A stretch of 64,000 nt of DNA from Dehalococcoidia bacterium (lineage in GTDB: Bacteria; Chloroflexota; Dehalococcoidia; UBA2979). The stretch's first letter is position 1. Each line of letters begins with the position of its first letter. The DNA is taken from contig CAXXDN010000001.1 in the NCBI GenBank assembly GCA_963667465.2, positions 800,001-864,000 of the forward strand, read 5' to 3'. The notes below the pieces were generated by a model. It was not told the DNA's origin. It ran no database searches and saw only the letters and a program-made list of their open reading frames with translations. The position numbers and the translations under genes were made by a program. This document shows positions 18,790 to 28,310 of the stretch, in pieces.

Positions 18790-18871
18790 GGATTTGCTAT
18801 TGTCGACAAATCCGGTAAACAACACAGACAATTCTGTCGGGCAATCGTAACAGCCGGGGGAGCAGTGTCAA
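18790..18871 (-). promoter_or_regulatory. Sigma70-type promoter with downstream palindromic operator(s)
   Basis: Minus strand TTGACA(18871-66)-N16-TACGAT(18849-44) with TGn extension. AT-rich leader carries GACA-N4-TGTC and GGATTTG-N10-CAAATCC palindromes. Confidence 0.65.
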
Positions 18872-18920
18872 CGCAAAACCTCCGGCGCGAACGCTCCGGC
18901 CCAGCCCGCGAGGCGTCCAG

Positions 18921-19547
18921 GTGACTGTCCCGGCCCCGCGCGACTGCGTCGACGCCGAGCGTTTCGCGCGTGCCATCGCCGCGATCGACGCCGCCAACGC
19001 CGCCGACCCGGCGACGATCATGGTTGGCGGCGAGCCACGCCCGAAGGAACTGACGCACGCGGCGCTGCTCTGCGAGTGGGTCGCACGGCTCGCCTCCTCG
19101 CCCGGCGAGGCGCTGCTGCTGGCGGCGCGGGCGCACCACATCCGGCGCTGGACCGTGCCGCGCTCGAGCTACCCGCCGGGCCGCGGCGCCTACCTGCGCT
19201 GGCGCCGCGATCTGCGCCGCTTCCACGCCGGCGAGGTCGCGCGCATCCTCCGCGCCGAGGGCTACGACGACTCGCTGATCGAGCGCGTCCAGCAGATCGT
19301 GCGCAAGGAGGGGCTGGTCAGCGACCCCGAGGTGCAGACGCTGGAGGACGGCCTGAACCTCGTCTTCCTGCAGACACAGTTCGATGAGTTCCGCGAGCGC
19401 CTCGGCGACGACGACAGGTTGGTCGCAATCGTGCGCCGCACCTGGCGCAAGATGAGCGAACGCGGTCGCGAGGCGGCGCTCGGCCTCGAGCTCAGCGAGC
19501 GCGGCCGCGCGATAGTAGCGAACGCGCTCGAGGACGCGGGGGAGTAG
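18921..19547 (+). CDS. DUF4202 family protein
   Basis: IDAANAADP, LAARAHHIRRW..PRSSYP.GR..YL.WR, QTLED...LVFL, TWRKMS. Confidence 0.88.
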   Translation: MTVPAPRDCVDAERFARAIAAIDAANAADPATIMVGGEPRPKELTHAALLCEWVARLASSPGEALLLAARAHHIRRWTVPRSSYPPGRGAYLRWRRDLRRFHAGEVARILRAEGYDDSLIERVQQIVRKEGLVSDPEVQTLEDGLNLVFLQTQFDEFRERLGDDDRLVAIVRRTWRKMSERGREAALGLELSERGRAIVANALEDAGE

Positions 19548-19604
19548 CGCGCGGGCGTGATAGCCTAGCTCTTGGTCGGCGGGGAACCTCGGAGGGCGAG
19601 CACC

Positions 19605-20327
19605 GTGGCTCAGTCACCACATGAGCGACTGCAACGGCCCATCTACAGCTACGCCGAGGCCGATCGGATTACTGCGGTGACCCGCGGCACGTCGAAGCGA
19701 TGGCTCCGGGGCTACCAGTACAAGGTCGCCGGAGAACCTGTGAGCGCTCCTCCAGTCACGTGGGGACTTCCACGATCCGACGAACCAGGTGTGTCGTTCT
19801 TCGATCTTGTCGAGATCGCTGCGATCGGCCGACTAAAAGAGGTCGGGTGGTCGCTTCCCGTGATCCGAGCGGCTGCTGAGGCGTGCCAGCGCATGTTCCG
19901 TCTGCAGCGACCACTCGTGACCGAGCGGTTCATGACCGACGGCAGCGACTTCTTCGTGCGGCGTGACGGTGCCCTGATCGAGGTGGGAATTGGTCGGTTC
20001 CCGGGAGAGCGGGCCTGGGATGAAGTGCTTGCGCCATTCCTGGAGACTGTCGAGTACGAACGCCAGTACGTGCGCCGCTGGTGGCCAATCGGGCGCAACA
20101 GACGTGTGGTTGTCGACCCTGACTTCGGATTCGGGCTCCCCGTGATTGCGGGCTCCGGTGTACGAACGGAGATCGTGTACGAACAGGCGCAGGCAGGCGT
20201 CCCATACGAGCGCATCGCCTTGGACTTCGGGATTGGCCAAGACGACATCGACCACGCGATACAGTTCGAGGGTGCGCGTGATGTCGAGCACGCAACTTCG
20301 CACGAGGCGTCGCGTCTGCCTGCATGA
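19605..20327 (+). CDS. HTH-DUF433 putative antitoxin (VapB45-like)
   Basis: N-terminal YSYAEA..., SFFDLVE; C-terminal VVDPDFGFGLPVIAGSGVRTE. GGAGG RBS before GTG 19605. Confidence 0.8.
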   Translation: MAQSPHERLQRPIYSYAEADRITAVTRGTSKRWLRGYQYKVAGEPVSAPPVTWGLPRSDEPGVSFFDLVEIAAIGRLKEVGWSLPVIRAAAEACQRMFRLQRPLVTERFMTDGSDFFVRRDGALIEVGIGRFPGERAWDEVLAPFLETVEYERQYVRRWWPIGRNRRVVVDPDFGFGLPVIAGSGVRTEIVYEQAQAGVPYERIALDFGIGQDDIDHAIQFEGARDVEHATSHEASRLPA

Positions 20328-20698
20328 TCTTCATTGATCGCTCCATCCCCCGGAGCGTTGCGAATGCGCTGAGTTGCGTCCGCGACGATGTCGAATGGTT
20401 GGAGCCACGGTTTCCGCACGATACCCCTGACGAGGAGTGGCTAGCCGAGGCCGGCCGCCAAGGTTGGGTCGCGGTGTCTCGCGACAAGAAGATTCGGACC
20501 CGTCCCGGTGCTCGTCAGGCAATCCAGGACAACGACACCGGCTGCTTCATCCTGACCCAGAGGCAGAATCTCGCCCCCTGGGATCTCTTGAAGGTCATCG
20601 TTCCGACCCTTGACGAGATGGAACGACTCTTTGCCGAGACGCCACGCCCCTTCATCTACACGATTGACAGTACAACGCGCTTCCGCCACGTCGTGTAG
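20324..20698 (+). CDS. PIN-like putative toxin (VapC45-like)
   Basis: IFIDRS, DEEWL..AG..GW..VSRDKKIR; ATGA overlap with the antitoxin. Confidence 0.8.
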   Translation: MIFIDRSIPRSVANALSCVRDDVEWLEPRFPHDTPDEEWLAEAGRQGWVAVSRDKKIRTRPGARQAIQDNDTGCFILTQRQNLAPWDLLKVIVPTLDEMERLFAETPRPFIYTIDSTTRFRHVV

Positions 20699-20750
20699 CG
20701 CGCGGAAGCGCCCGACGGTCGCTGCGTCCGCTGTCCTGTAGACTCGGCTG

Positions 20751-22043
20751 ATGATCACCCTCGAGTCGATCGGCCGGCGGCACCCCGCGCTGCAATCGCG
20801 GGACTTCCGGCGCATCTTCGCCAATGCCTTCTTCGCCTCGGCCTCGCACTGGACGATGCTGCTGGCGCGCGGCTGGCTGATCTTCGAGCTGACCGGTCAC
20901 GCCGGCTGGGTCGGTGCGGCCACCTTCGCGGGCATGGTCCCACTGCTCCTGGCCGGACCGATCGGCGGCGCGCTGGCCGACCGGGCGGACCGGCGGCGCA
21001 TGGCGATCGCCGCCGACATCGTCAGCATCATCTCGGCGTTGGGCCTCGCGGCAATCACGCTGCCGGGCTTCGTCGAGCCGTGGCACGTGATCGCGTTCGC
21101 GGCGCTGGGCGGCACGGCGCGCGCCTTCGGCACCCCGGCCGAGCAGGCGCTGGTCGCGAACGTCGTCCCCAAGGAGCACCTCCTGAACGCGATCGCGCTC
21201 GCCGGGATCACGCGCCACGGCTCGCGTGTGCTGGGCCCCACAATCGGCGGCGCGATGCTCTCCTGGCTGGGGTCGGGCTCCGTGTTCATCCTCTCCGGCT
21301 GCTTCGTCATGCTCGCCCTCTATCAGATCTTCAAGCTGGAGTACCGTGCGCCGCCAGCGGCGGGGGAAACCGACGGCCCGCTCTTCGATGGGCGCCGCAT
21401 CATGAGCGACATCGGCGCGGGCTTCGCTTACCTCGAGCGCGACGCACGCGTGGCGTTCGTCATGGCGCTCGTCGGGCTGCACTGCGGCCTGACGATGGCG
21501 TTCGATTCGATGATGCCGACCCTGGCGACGCAGGTCGGCGGGGCGGACCGCACCTACAGCGCGATCATCGTCGGCGTCGGCGTGGGTGCGATCTGCGGCA
21601 CGCTCGTGATCTCGATGCTGCGGACGGACGTGGCGCAAGGCCGCGCACTGCTCATCGTCGGCATCGGGAGCGGGGCCGCGATGCTCGTGCTTGGGTTCGC
21701 GGCCACGGCCTGGATGGCGGTCCTCGGCGGGGTTGCGACCGGCCTGACGCAGGCCAGCTACATGGCGCTCTCGGCGACGTTCGTGCAGCGCACCGTGCCG
21801 GACGAGTATCGCGGGCGCGTGATGTCGATCTACCTGATGCTCGCGGCGGGCCACATGGCCTTCGCGAACTTCGGTTTTGGCTGGCTCTCCAACGAGCTCG
21901 GCGTGCGCGTGCTGCTGATCATTCCCGCGATGATCTGGACGCTCTCCTTCCTCACGGCGGCGTTGCTGCTGCCCGAGGTCCGATCGCTGGTGCGCAGGGG
22001 GACGTTCCGCCCGCGGCCCGCGGCCGTGGGCGTCGAGCCGTAG
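20751..22043 (+). CDS. MFS transporter
   Basis: GGALADRADRRR motif A, about 12 hydrophobic helices, VPDEYRGRV. Confidence 0.92.
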   Translation: MITLESIGRRHPALQSRDFRRIFANAFFASASHWTMLLARGWLIFELTGHAGWVGAATFAGMVPLLLAGPIGGALADRADRRRMAIAADIVSIISALGLAAITLPGFVEPWHVIAFAALGGTARAFGTPAEQALVANVVPKEHLLNAIALAGITRHGSRVLGPTIGGAMLSWLGSGSVFILSGCFVMLALYQIFKLEYRAPPAAGETDGPLFDGRRIMSDIGAGFAYLERDARVAFVMALVGLHCGLTMAFDSMMPTLATQVGGADRTYSAIIVGVGVGAICGTLVISMLRTDVAQGRALLIVGIGSGAAMLVLGFAATAWMAVLGGVATGLTQASYMALSATFVQRTVPDEYRGRVMSIYLMLAAGHMAFANFGFGWLSNELGVRVLLIIPAMIWTLSFLTAALLLPEVRSLVRRGTFRPRPAAVGVEP

Positions 22044-22050
22044 TCCGCAG

Positions 22051-23310
22051 CTACGCCCTGCTGCCCGGCTTACCCCTTCCGTCCGAGGGCGCCTCGGCGT
22101 CTTGCGCGAGTGCGAGCGTGAAGCAGACCGTCGCCCCCGGCGTGCGATCGGCTACCCGGATGCGGCCCCCGAGGCGGTGGACGAGCTGGCGCGTGATCGC
22201 GAGGCCGAGGCCGGCCCCGCCGCCCGTCCCGCGCGAGTCGTCGCCTGTGTAGAAGCGCTCGAAGACGCGCTCGCGCTCGCTGGGCAGGATGCCGGAGCCC
22301 TCGTCGCGGACCTCGAAGCGCACCTCGCCGTTGCCGACGAACGCGGCGAGGGCGATGCGGCTGTCGTCGGGGCTGTGGCGCAACGCGTTGTCCAGCAGGT
22401 TCGCGAGCACCTCGCCGACGTACTCGCGGTGTCCCGCGACGAGCGCGCCGGTGGCCTCCTCGATGTCCACGCGGATCCGGCGCTGCGCGGCGACGGGCGC
22501 GACGCGTGCGGCTGCGCCCTCGAGCAGCTCCTCCGGCGTCAGCGGCTCGAGTTCGATCGGCTCGTCGCCGGACTCGAGCTGCGCGAGGAGCAGCATCCGC
22601 TCCACGAGCCTGCTCATCCGCTCGATCTCCTCGCCGAGCAGTCGCAGGAAGCGGTCGCGGTCGGCCGGATCCTCGGCCGCAGTCTGGAAGGTCTCGGCGA
22701 TCGCGCGCGCCCCCGCCAGCGGGGTGCGCAGCTCGTGCGCGAGGTTCGCGACGAGGTCGGAGCGCGCCCGCTGCGCAGCGCGCAACGTGGTCAGGTCCTC
22801 GACGGCGATCAGCTGCGTCGCCCGCCCGCCGGCCAGCGGCAGGTCGATCGGCGCCGCGCTGAGCCGCGCCTCGACGCCGTTCGTGAAGTGGGCTTCGCGC
22901 GAGCCGTGGAGGCGTTCCCGGGCGAACTCGACCAGCTCGATCTCACGGATCGCGCGGATCAGCGAGACGCCCAGCATCGTCTCGAGCGGGTGCTCGACGA
23001 TGCGCGCGAGCGTGTCGTTCGCGGCGAGCACGTTGAGCTGGTCGTCGAGCAGCAGCACGCCGCAGGGCAGCGGCGCGAGCAGCGGCGTGGCATCGGGCGG
23101 CGGCCCCGCCTCCGGCGAGGCGTCCGGGGCGGGTGACGGCTCGGGCGCCGGTCCGGCTACGCCGGGATCGGCGGCCCGCACGAGGAACGCGGTGGCGAGG
23201 AAGGCGACGAGCGCGATCGGAGCGGCCGCGGGGCCCGGCAGCAGCAGCACCGCGGCGGCGACGAGACCCGCCAGGCCGGCCAGCGCAGCCCAGCGCCAGC
23301 CGGGGGTCAT
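22051..23310 (-). CDS. Sensor histidine kinase (PhoR/SenX3-like)
   Basis: AHELRTPL, NLLDNA, DEGSGI, GAGLGL; start MTPGW at 23310. Confidence 0.92.
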   Translation of the reverse strand: MTPGWRWAALAGLAGLVAAAVLLLPGPAAAPIALVAFLATAFLVRAADPGVAGPAPEPSPAPDASPEAGPPPDATPLLAPLPCGVLLLDDQLNVLAANDTLARIVEHPLETMLGVSLIRAIREIELVEFARERLHGSREAHFTNGVEARLSAAPIDLPLAGGRATQLIAVEDLTTLRAAQRARSDLVANLAHELRTPLAGARAIAETFQTAAEDPADRDRFLRLLGEEIERMSRLVERMLLLAQLESGDEPIELEPLTPEELLEGAAARVAPVAAQRRIRVDIEEATGALVAGHREYVGEVLANLLDNALRHSPDDSRIALAAFVGNGEVRFEVRDEGSGILPSERERVFERFYTGDDSRGTGGGAGLGLAITRQLVHRLGGRIRVADRTPGATVCFTLALAQDAEAPSDGRGKPGSRA

Positions 23311-23345
23311 CGCTTGCGGCTCGAAGAGGGCTGTGCGGGCACGGG

Positions 23346-24038
23346 TCAGGGCTCGAACTTGTAGCCCACGGTCCGCACCGTCACGAGGTGTTGCGGCTTC
23401 GAGGGCGCAGCTTCGAGCTTCTGGCGCAGCCAGCGCATGTGCACGTCCACGGTGCGCGTGCCGCCGCCGAACTCGTAGCCCCAGACCTGCTCCAGGATGC
23501 GATCGCGCGTCAGCACCTGGCGCGGGTGGCGCATCAGGCACTCCAGCAGGTCGAACTCCTTCGGACGCAGCCGCACGACCTCGCCGTGACGCCGCACCTC
23601 GCGAGCCTCGGGCCGCAGCTCGATGCCGCCGCCGCGTAACGTCCCGCCGTTCACTCCTCCGGCGGCCTCGCGCGAGATCCGGTCACGACGCAGCATCGCG
23701 CTTACCCGCGCGATCAGCTCCTGCATCGAGAACGGTTTGGTGACGTAGTCGTCGGCGCCGAGGTCCAGCCCCGCGATCTTGTCGCCCTCGGCGCTGCGCG
23801 CGGTCAGCACCAGGATTGGCACGGGCCGCTCGTCGCGCACGATGCGGCAGACATCGAGGCCGGACATGCGCGGCAGCATCAGGTCGAGCACGATCAGGTC
23901 CGGCTCGGTCTCGCGCGAGAGCTGCAATCCCGAGACGCCGTCGGCGGCGGTGACCACGTCGTAGCCCTCGCGGCCGAGGTTGTAGGCGACCGTCTCGAGG
24001 ATCGCTGCGTCGTCTTCGACTACCAGCACGCGAGCCAT
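23346..24038 (-). CDS. OmpR/PhoB-family response regulator
   Basis: VVEDD, LDLMLP, GADDYVTKPF, RTVDVH, VGYKF. Confidence 0.95.
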   Translation of the reverse strand: MARVLVVEDDAAILETVAYNLGREGYDVVTAADGVSGLQLSRETEPDLIVLDLMLPRMSGLDVCRIVRDERPVPILVLTARSAEGDKIAGLDLGADDYVTKPFSMQELIARVSAMLRRDRISREAAGGVNGGTLRGGGIELRPEAREVRRHGEVVRLRPKEFDLLECLMRHPRQVLTRDRILEQVWGYEFGGGTRTVDVHMRWLRQKLEAAPSKPQHLVTVRTVGYKFEP

Positions 24039-24139
24039 ACCCCCAGTCTCGCCGCCGCCCCCCCGGCCTCGCAAGCGCGAGCGTGCGTCCGGGGCCGATG
24101 GCGCGCCAATGTTTGGTTATCCAGCCTCCGGCGCCGCGC

Positions 24140-24430
24140 CCTCGCCGGTGCGTTGCCCTCGCTGGCCGCGCTGTCGCGCGGCTCCCCCTCACCCCCGCCC
24201 GCTCCCGCCAGGGGAGAGGGGGCTGGACTCGCCCTCGATAGTCTGTTGCGCCCGCGAATCCGGCCCCCTCTCCTGGGGGAGAGGGTTGGGGTGAGGGGGC
24301 GCGCCTGCCTGGCTGCTGACTCGAAGGGTTGTTGCGCCCTCGGAGGTTCCCGGCGGGGGCGTGGGGGTCTGCGAGGTATCCTCGCGCCCGATCGAGACCG
24401 TGCCCCAACAGCAGACGCGCGCCTGGCTTC
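24140..24430. repeat. BIME-like cluster with an inverted REP pair
   Basis: REP near 24185 (+) and 24265-24299 (-); shares linkers with the 16.6 kb and 50.3 kb clusters. Confidence 0.8.
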
Positions 24431-24443
24431 GAAGAACCGAGGG

Positions 24444-25745
24444 CTAGATCGCGCCGCGCTCCGCCAGCACCGGCAGGTCCTCGGCCGGGACGCCCAGCTC
24501 GCCGTGGTAGACGGCGTGGTTGTGCTCGCCGAGCAGCGGCGCGCGGCACGGCAGCCCGCGCGGGACGCCCTCGAAGCGGTACGGCCCGACGGGGAGGCGT
24601 GCCTGCTGCCCGTCGGCCAGCTCGATCGGCGCGAAGCTCTCGCGGTCCGTCCAATGCGGGTCGTCGAGGTTCTCCTCGGGGCGCCGCACGATGCCCCATG
24701 GCAGGTGCATCCCCTGCCCGCCGCGGTAGGCCTCCTCCGTCGTCAGCATCGAGACGAAGCGCTTGGTCACCTCGGAGAATCGCTTACGCTCCTCCTCAGC
24801 CTCGTTGCGGGCCGCGAAGATGGCGGCGCGGTAGCGCGGCTCGCGCAGGTCCTCGGCGGCGTCGTACTGGTCCATCCAGTCGAGCATGTCGTCGAGGTAG
24901 CGCGCGGAGCGCGGCTGCCCGCCGCCGATCACGTTCATGTGACGTCCGTCGATGGTCGGGAACTGGATCTCCGGCGTCGGGCCGGGCGCCGAGTGGCGGC
25001 CGGTGGCGCGCTGGTTGATCTCGCGGCGGTACTCCCAGCTCGGGAACGCGCCCTCGGTCGTGGCGCTCACCGCGTCGTGGATCGCGAGGTCAACCAGCTC
25101 CGGCCCTTCGGCGGCTCCGGCATCCAGCCCGAACAGCGCGCCGAGGATGCCGACCACCGCGTACTCGCCGCCCATCCAGTAGGAGTGGTCGAAGCCGCCG
25201 CGGATCGGCGGCAACTCGTGGTCCGTGTAGCCCGTGCTCATCATCGGGCCGCCGAGCGCGAGCTGGACGAGGTCGCTCGAGGCCCAGTTCGCCCACGGCC
25301 CCTCGCGGCCGAACGGCGTGATCGAGCACCACACGCGCGGGCCCGCCCAGCCGTCCGCCAGCCGCGCCTCCCAGCCTGCGCCGAGCGCGTCGAGGACGCC
25401 GTGGCCGGAGCCGTCGATGACCACGTCGGCGCTCTCGCAGAGCCGCCGCCACAGCGCGCGGCCCTCGGCGTGCTCGAGGTCCAGCGTGATGCCGCGCTTG
25501 TTCGCGTTGTGCGCGGCGAAGCGCAGCGACGTCTCGACGCCCGGCTCGTCGCCGGGGTAGGGCCCGATGTGCCGGGATGCCGCGCCCGAGGGCGGCTCGA
25601 CGCGAATCACGTCGGCTCCGACGTCGGCGAGCAGCCTCCCGGCGATCTCGCCGAGGTCGCCGACCTCGACGACACGCACGCGATCGAGGATCGGCGCGCC
25701 GTCCAGGCTATCGGCGAAGTCCGGCAGCGGGGGTGCGTCGCTCAT
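24444..25745 (-). CDS. CoA-transferase family III (BbsE-like subunit)
   Basis: LADVGADVIRVEPP, NANKRGITLDL, ITPFGREGP, APLLGEHN. Confidence 0.9.
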   Translation of the reverse strand: MSDAPPLPDFADSLDGAPILDRVRVVEVGDLGEIAGRLLADVGADVIRVEPPSGAASRHIGPYPGDEPGVETSLRFAAHNANKRGITLDLEHAEGRALWRRLCESADVVIDGSGHGVLDALGAGWEARLADGWAGPRVWCSITPFGREGPWANWASSDLVQLALGGPMMSTGYTDHELPPIRGGFDHSYWMGGEYAVVGILGALFGLDAGAAEGPELVDLAIHDAVSATTEGAFPSWEYRREINQRATGRHSAPGPTPEIQFPTIDGRHMNVIGGGQPRSARYLDDMLDWMDQYDAAEDLREPRYRAAIFAARNEAEEERKRFSEVTKRFVSMLTTEEAYRGGQGMHLPWGIVRRPEENLDDPHWTDRESFAPIELADGQQARLPVGPYRFEGVPRGLPCRAPLLGEHNHAVYHGELGVPAEDLPVLAERGAI

Positions 25746-26992
25746 ACGGCCGCCTCCGCCCGCAGTTGCGCGATCTCCTCGGGCGTGCAGCCCAGCTCCG
25801 TCAGCACCTCGTCGATGTGCTCGCCGAGGCCGGGCGCGCCGCGCTGCACGTCCCAGCCAAGCTGGCGGAAGAGGAAGGGCAGGCCCTCGTAGAAGCGATC
25901 GCCGACGTACGGGCTGGGGGCGGCGCGGTAGAAGCCACGGGCGGCCAGCTGCTCGTCCTGCATCTTGTCCGGCATGTGTTGCGCAAGGCCCGCGGGCACG
26001 CCGCGCGCCTGCAGCGCGAACATCAGCTTGCGAGCATCGCGCTGGCGCGTGCACTCCGTGATCGCCGCGTCCAGCTCGTCCTGCGCGGCGAGGCGCGCCT
26101 CGAGGCTGGCGAAGCGCTCGTCGTCGGCGAGTCCGGGCGCGCCGAGTTCCTCGCAGAGTTCGCGCCAGTGCTCCTCGGTCTCGATGGCTACCGTGATCCA
26201 GCGGTCGTCGCCGGCGCAGCGGTAGGCGCCGTGGGGCGCCATCGCCGGGTGCTGCGAGCGGTTGCCGAGGCGCTCCGACTGGCGGCCGTTGATCTGCCAG
26301 TCGAGCATGGTCACGCCGGTCATCACCATGCCGGTCTCCACCTGCGAGATGTCGATGCGCTGTGCGCCCTCGATGCGCTCGCGCCGCCGCAGGGCGAGCA
26401 GCATCGCGATCGCGCCGTAGTAGCCGGCCGAGTGATCGAGGTAGGAGTAGCCCCAGCCGGCCGGATCCTGGTCGGGCAGGCCGGAGATGTAGGTCAGCCC
26501 GGAGACAGCCTGCGCCGTCGGGCCCCACGTCACGTAGGAGCTGTCGCGACCGTAGTGGCCGTAGCCGGAGAGTGAGAGGTAGATGATCTTCGGGTTGAGC
26601 TCGCGCAGGCGCTCGAAGCTGAAGCCCATGCGGGCGAACGCGCCGGGGCTGAAGTTCTCGGTGACCGCGTCCGCCCCGGAGATCAGCTGCTCGATCAACT
26701 CGCGGGTGCGCGGGTGGTAGATGTTGGCGGTGATGCCGCGCTTGTTGCGGTTGAAGTTGTTGAAGATGCCGGAACGGTCCGGGTGGGGGTCCCCCTCCGC
26801 GGGCAGGCCCCCGCGCAGCGAGTCCATGTGCCCCTCGTTCTCGACGCGGATCACGTCCGCCCCGAGGTCGGCGATGATGCGCGTCGCCTGCGGCCCGGCG
26901 ACGATCCAGGTGAAGTCCACCACGCGGATCCCCGCCAGGGGCCGCGGCCGCTCGTCGTAGGCGCGGTCGCTGTTCGCGTCGCTCTTCGCCAT
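25742..26992 (-). CDS. CoA-transferase family III (BbsF-like subunit)
   Basis: VVDFTWIVAGP, NRNKR, ENFSPG, SYLD; 4-nt overlap with its partner. Confidence 0.92.
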   Translation of the reverse strand: MAKSDANSDRAYDERPRPLAGIRVVDFTWIVAGPQATRIIADLGADVIRVENEGHMDSLRGGLPAEGDPHPDRSGIFNNFNRNKRGITANIYHPRTRELIEQLISGADAVTENFSPGAFARMGFSFERLRELNPKIIYLSLSGYGHYGRDSSYVTWGPTAQAVSGLTYISGLPDQDPAGWGYSYLDHSAGYYGAIAMLLALRRRERIEGAQRIDISQVETGMVMTGVTMLDWQINGRQSERLGNRSQHPAMAPHGAYRCAGDDRWITVAIETEEHWRELCEELGAPGLADDERFASLEARLAAQDELDAAITECTRQRDARKLMFALQARGVPAGLAQHMPDKMQDEQLAARGFYRAAPSPYVGDRFYEGLPFLFRQLGWDVQRGAPGLGEHIDEVLTELGCTPEEIAQLRAEAAV

Positions 26993-27380
26993 CGGCGCTC
27001 TCCGTCCGGGCCGCCAGTCGCGCTCCGCTCTCGCGTGAGCCTCGACAAGCGGCGCGAGGCTGTCAAGCGGGCGGGGGCGTGGGGCGCCCTCGGAGCCGGA
27101 TCTCGACGGCAACGCCGGCAGCCTCGCCGTCCCTCCCCCTCTTTGCCGCGGGGTGCCACGTGCTCCCCTCCGACGGGGTAGGCGACCCCGCAGCTCCCGG
27201 GTTTCCGCCGGAGTGCACGGCAATCACTTTGGCACGAAAACGTTACTGCGAAACCCGCGCAAGTTACGGAGGCGCCAATGTTCGCGCATGCTATTGTTTT
27301 CGCTCATCTCTCGGGGGCGGGCCGTCAGAGCCCGGTCGGCGCTACGGACCGGCGAACCGGTCCGGCGGGAGGTCGTTCCG

Positions 27381-28310
27381 ATGCAGTCTCGTACCCTTAA
27401 GCTGCTGTCGATCGTGCTCTCGCTCGTGCTGGCGCTGGCCATGGTGTCGCGCGGCGTGGGGCACGTGCTGGAGGCGGCCGTGGCCCCGGTTCCTGAGCCA
27501 GTCGCCATGATCTGGCGCGTCGCTCCCACCTCCGTCGATAGCGATAGCGATGGCGACGACGACGACGATGATGACGGCGACACTCCGACCCCGACCGACG
27601 ACGACGGGTACGACACGCCCGAGACCGACTACGACGGGATCGACACGCCCGACACCGACGACGATGGCGTCGCTACTCCGTACACCGACTACGACGGCTT
27701 CAGCACTCCTCCGACCGACGCTGACGGCGTCGACACCCCGACTCCAACCGATGACGATGGCATCGACACGCCCGACACGGACCGCGACGGCATCGACACG
27801 CCGTACAGCGATAACGACGGCATCGACACGCCGGGCACCGACAACGACGGGTTCGCGACGCCGTACACGGACTACGACGGGGTCGACACACCGCTGACCG
27901 ACGACGACGGCGTCGCCACCGCCTACACGGACTACGACGGCGTCGACACCCCCTTGACCGATGGCGACGGGGTCAACACCCCGTACACCGACTACGACGG
28001 CATCGACACGCCGACGCCGACAGACAACGACGGTACCGACTCGGACGGCATCGACACGCCGACGCCGACAGACAACGACGGCACGGACTCGGACGGCATC
28101 GACACGCCGACACCGACGGACAACGACGGTACCGACTCGGACGGCATCGACACGCCGACGCCGACGGACAACGACGGTACGGACTCGGACGGCATCGACA
28201 CGCCGACGCCGACGGACAACGACGGTACGGACTCGGACGGCATCGACACGCCGGCGCCGGAGACCGGAAGCGACGAAGACAGTGACGACAGTGGCAACGT
28301 CAGCAGCTGA
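27381..28310 (+). CDS. Exported/anchored Asp-Thr-rich tandem-repeat protein
   Basis: GGAGG RBS; hydrophobic N-terminus; about 14 DGxxTPxTDx decamers then five exact DGIDTPTPTDNDGTDS 16-mers. Confidence 0.85.
   Translation: MQSRTLKLLSIVLSLVLALAMVSRGVGHVLEAAVAPVPEPVAMIWRVAPTSVDSDSDGDDDDDDDGDTPTPTDDDGYDTPETDYDGIDTPDTDDDGVATPYTDYDGFSTPPTDADGVDTPTPTDDDGIDTPDTDRDGIDTPYSDNDGIDTPGTDNDGFATPYTDYDGVDTPLTDDDGVATAYTDYDGVDTPLTDGDGVNTPYTDYDGIDTPTPTDNDGTDSDGIDTPTPTDNDGTDSDGIDTPTPTDNDGTDSDGIDTPTPTDNDGTDSDGIDTPTPTDNDGTDSDGIDTPAPETGSDEDSDDSGNVSS
27996..28253 (+). repeat. 48-bp coding tandem repeat, five copies plus a partial
   Basis: Units start at 27996, 28044, etc.; full units differ only synonymously. Confidence 0.92.

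Noticed and set aside
24394-24406. 13-nt match GAGACCGTGCCCC to the IS110 left end (4586-98)
   Set aside because: Plausible by chance in GC-rich DNA; the match does not extend.
27996-28253. 16-aa periodicity as an ice-nucleation protein, or the 48-bp repeats as CRISPR
   Set aside because: Pro/Asp-rich TPT units lack the GYGSTxTA consensus; the repeats are contiguous, coding and have no spacers.
27961-28281. Thr/Arg-rich N-terminal extension of the kinase ORF
   Set aside because: Off-frame reading of the repeat gene; there is no slippery site or other frameshift evidence.
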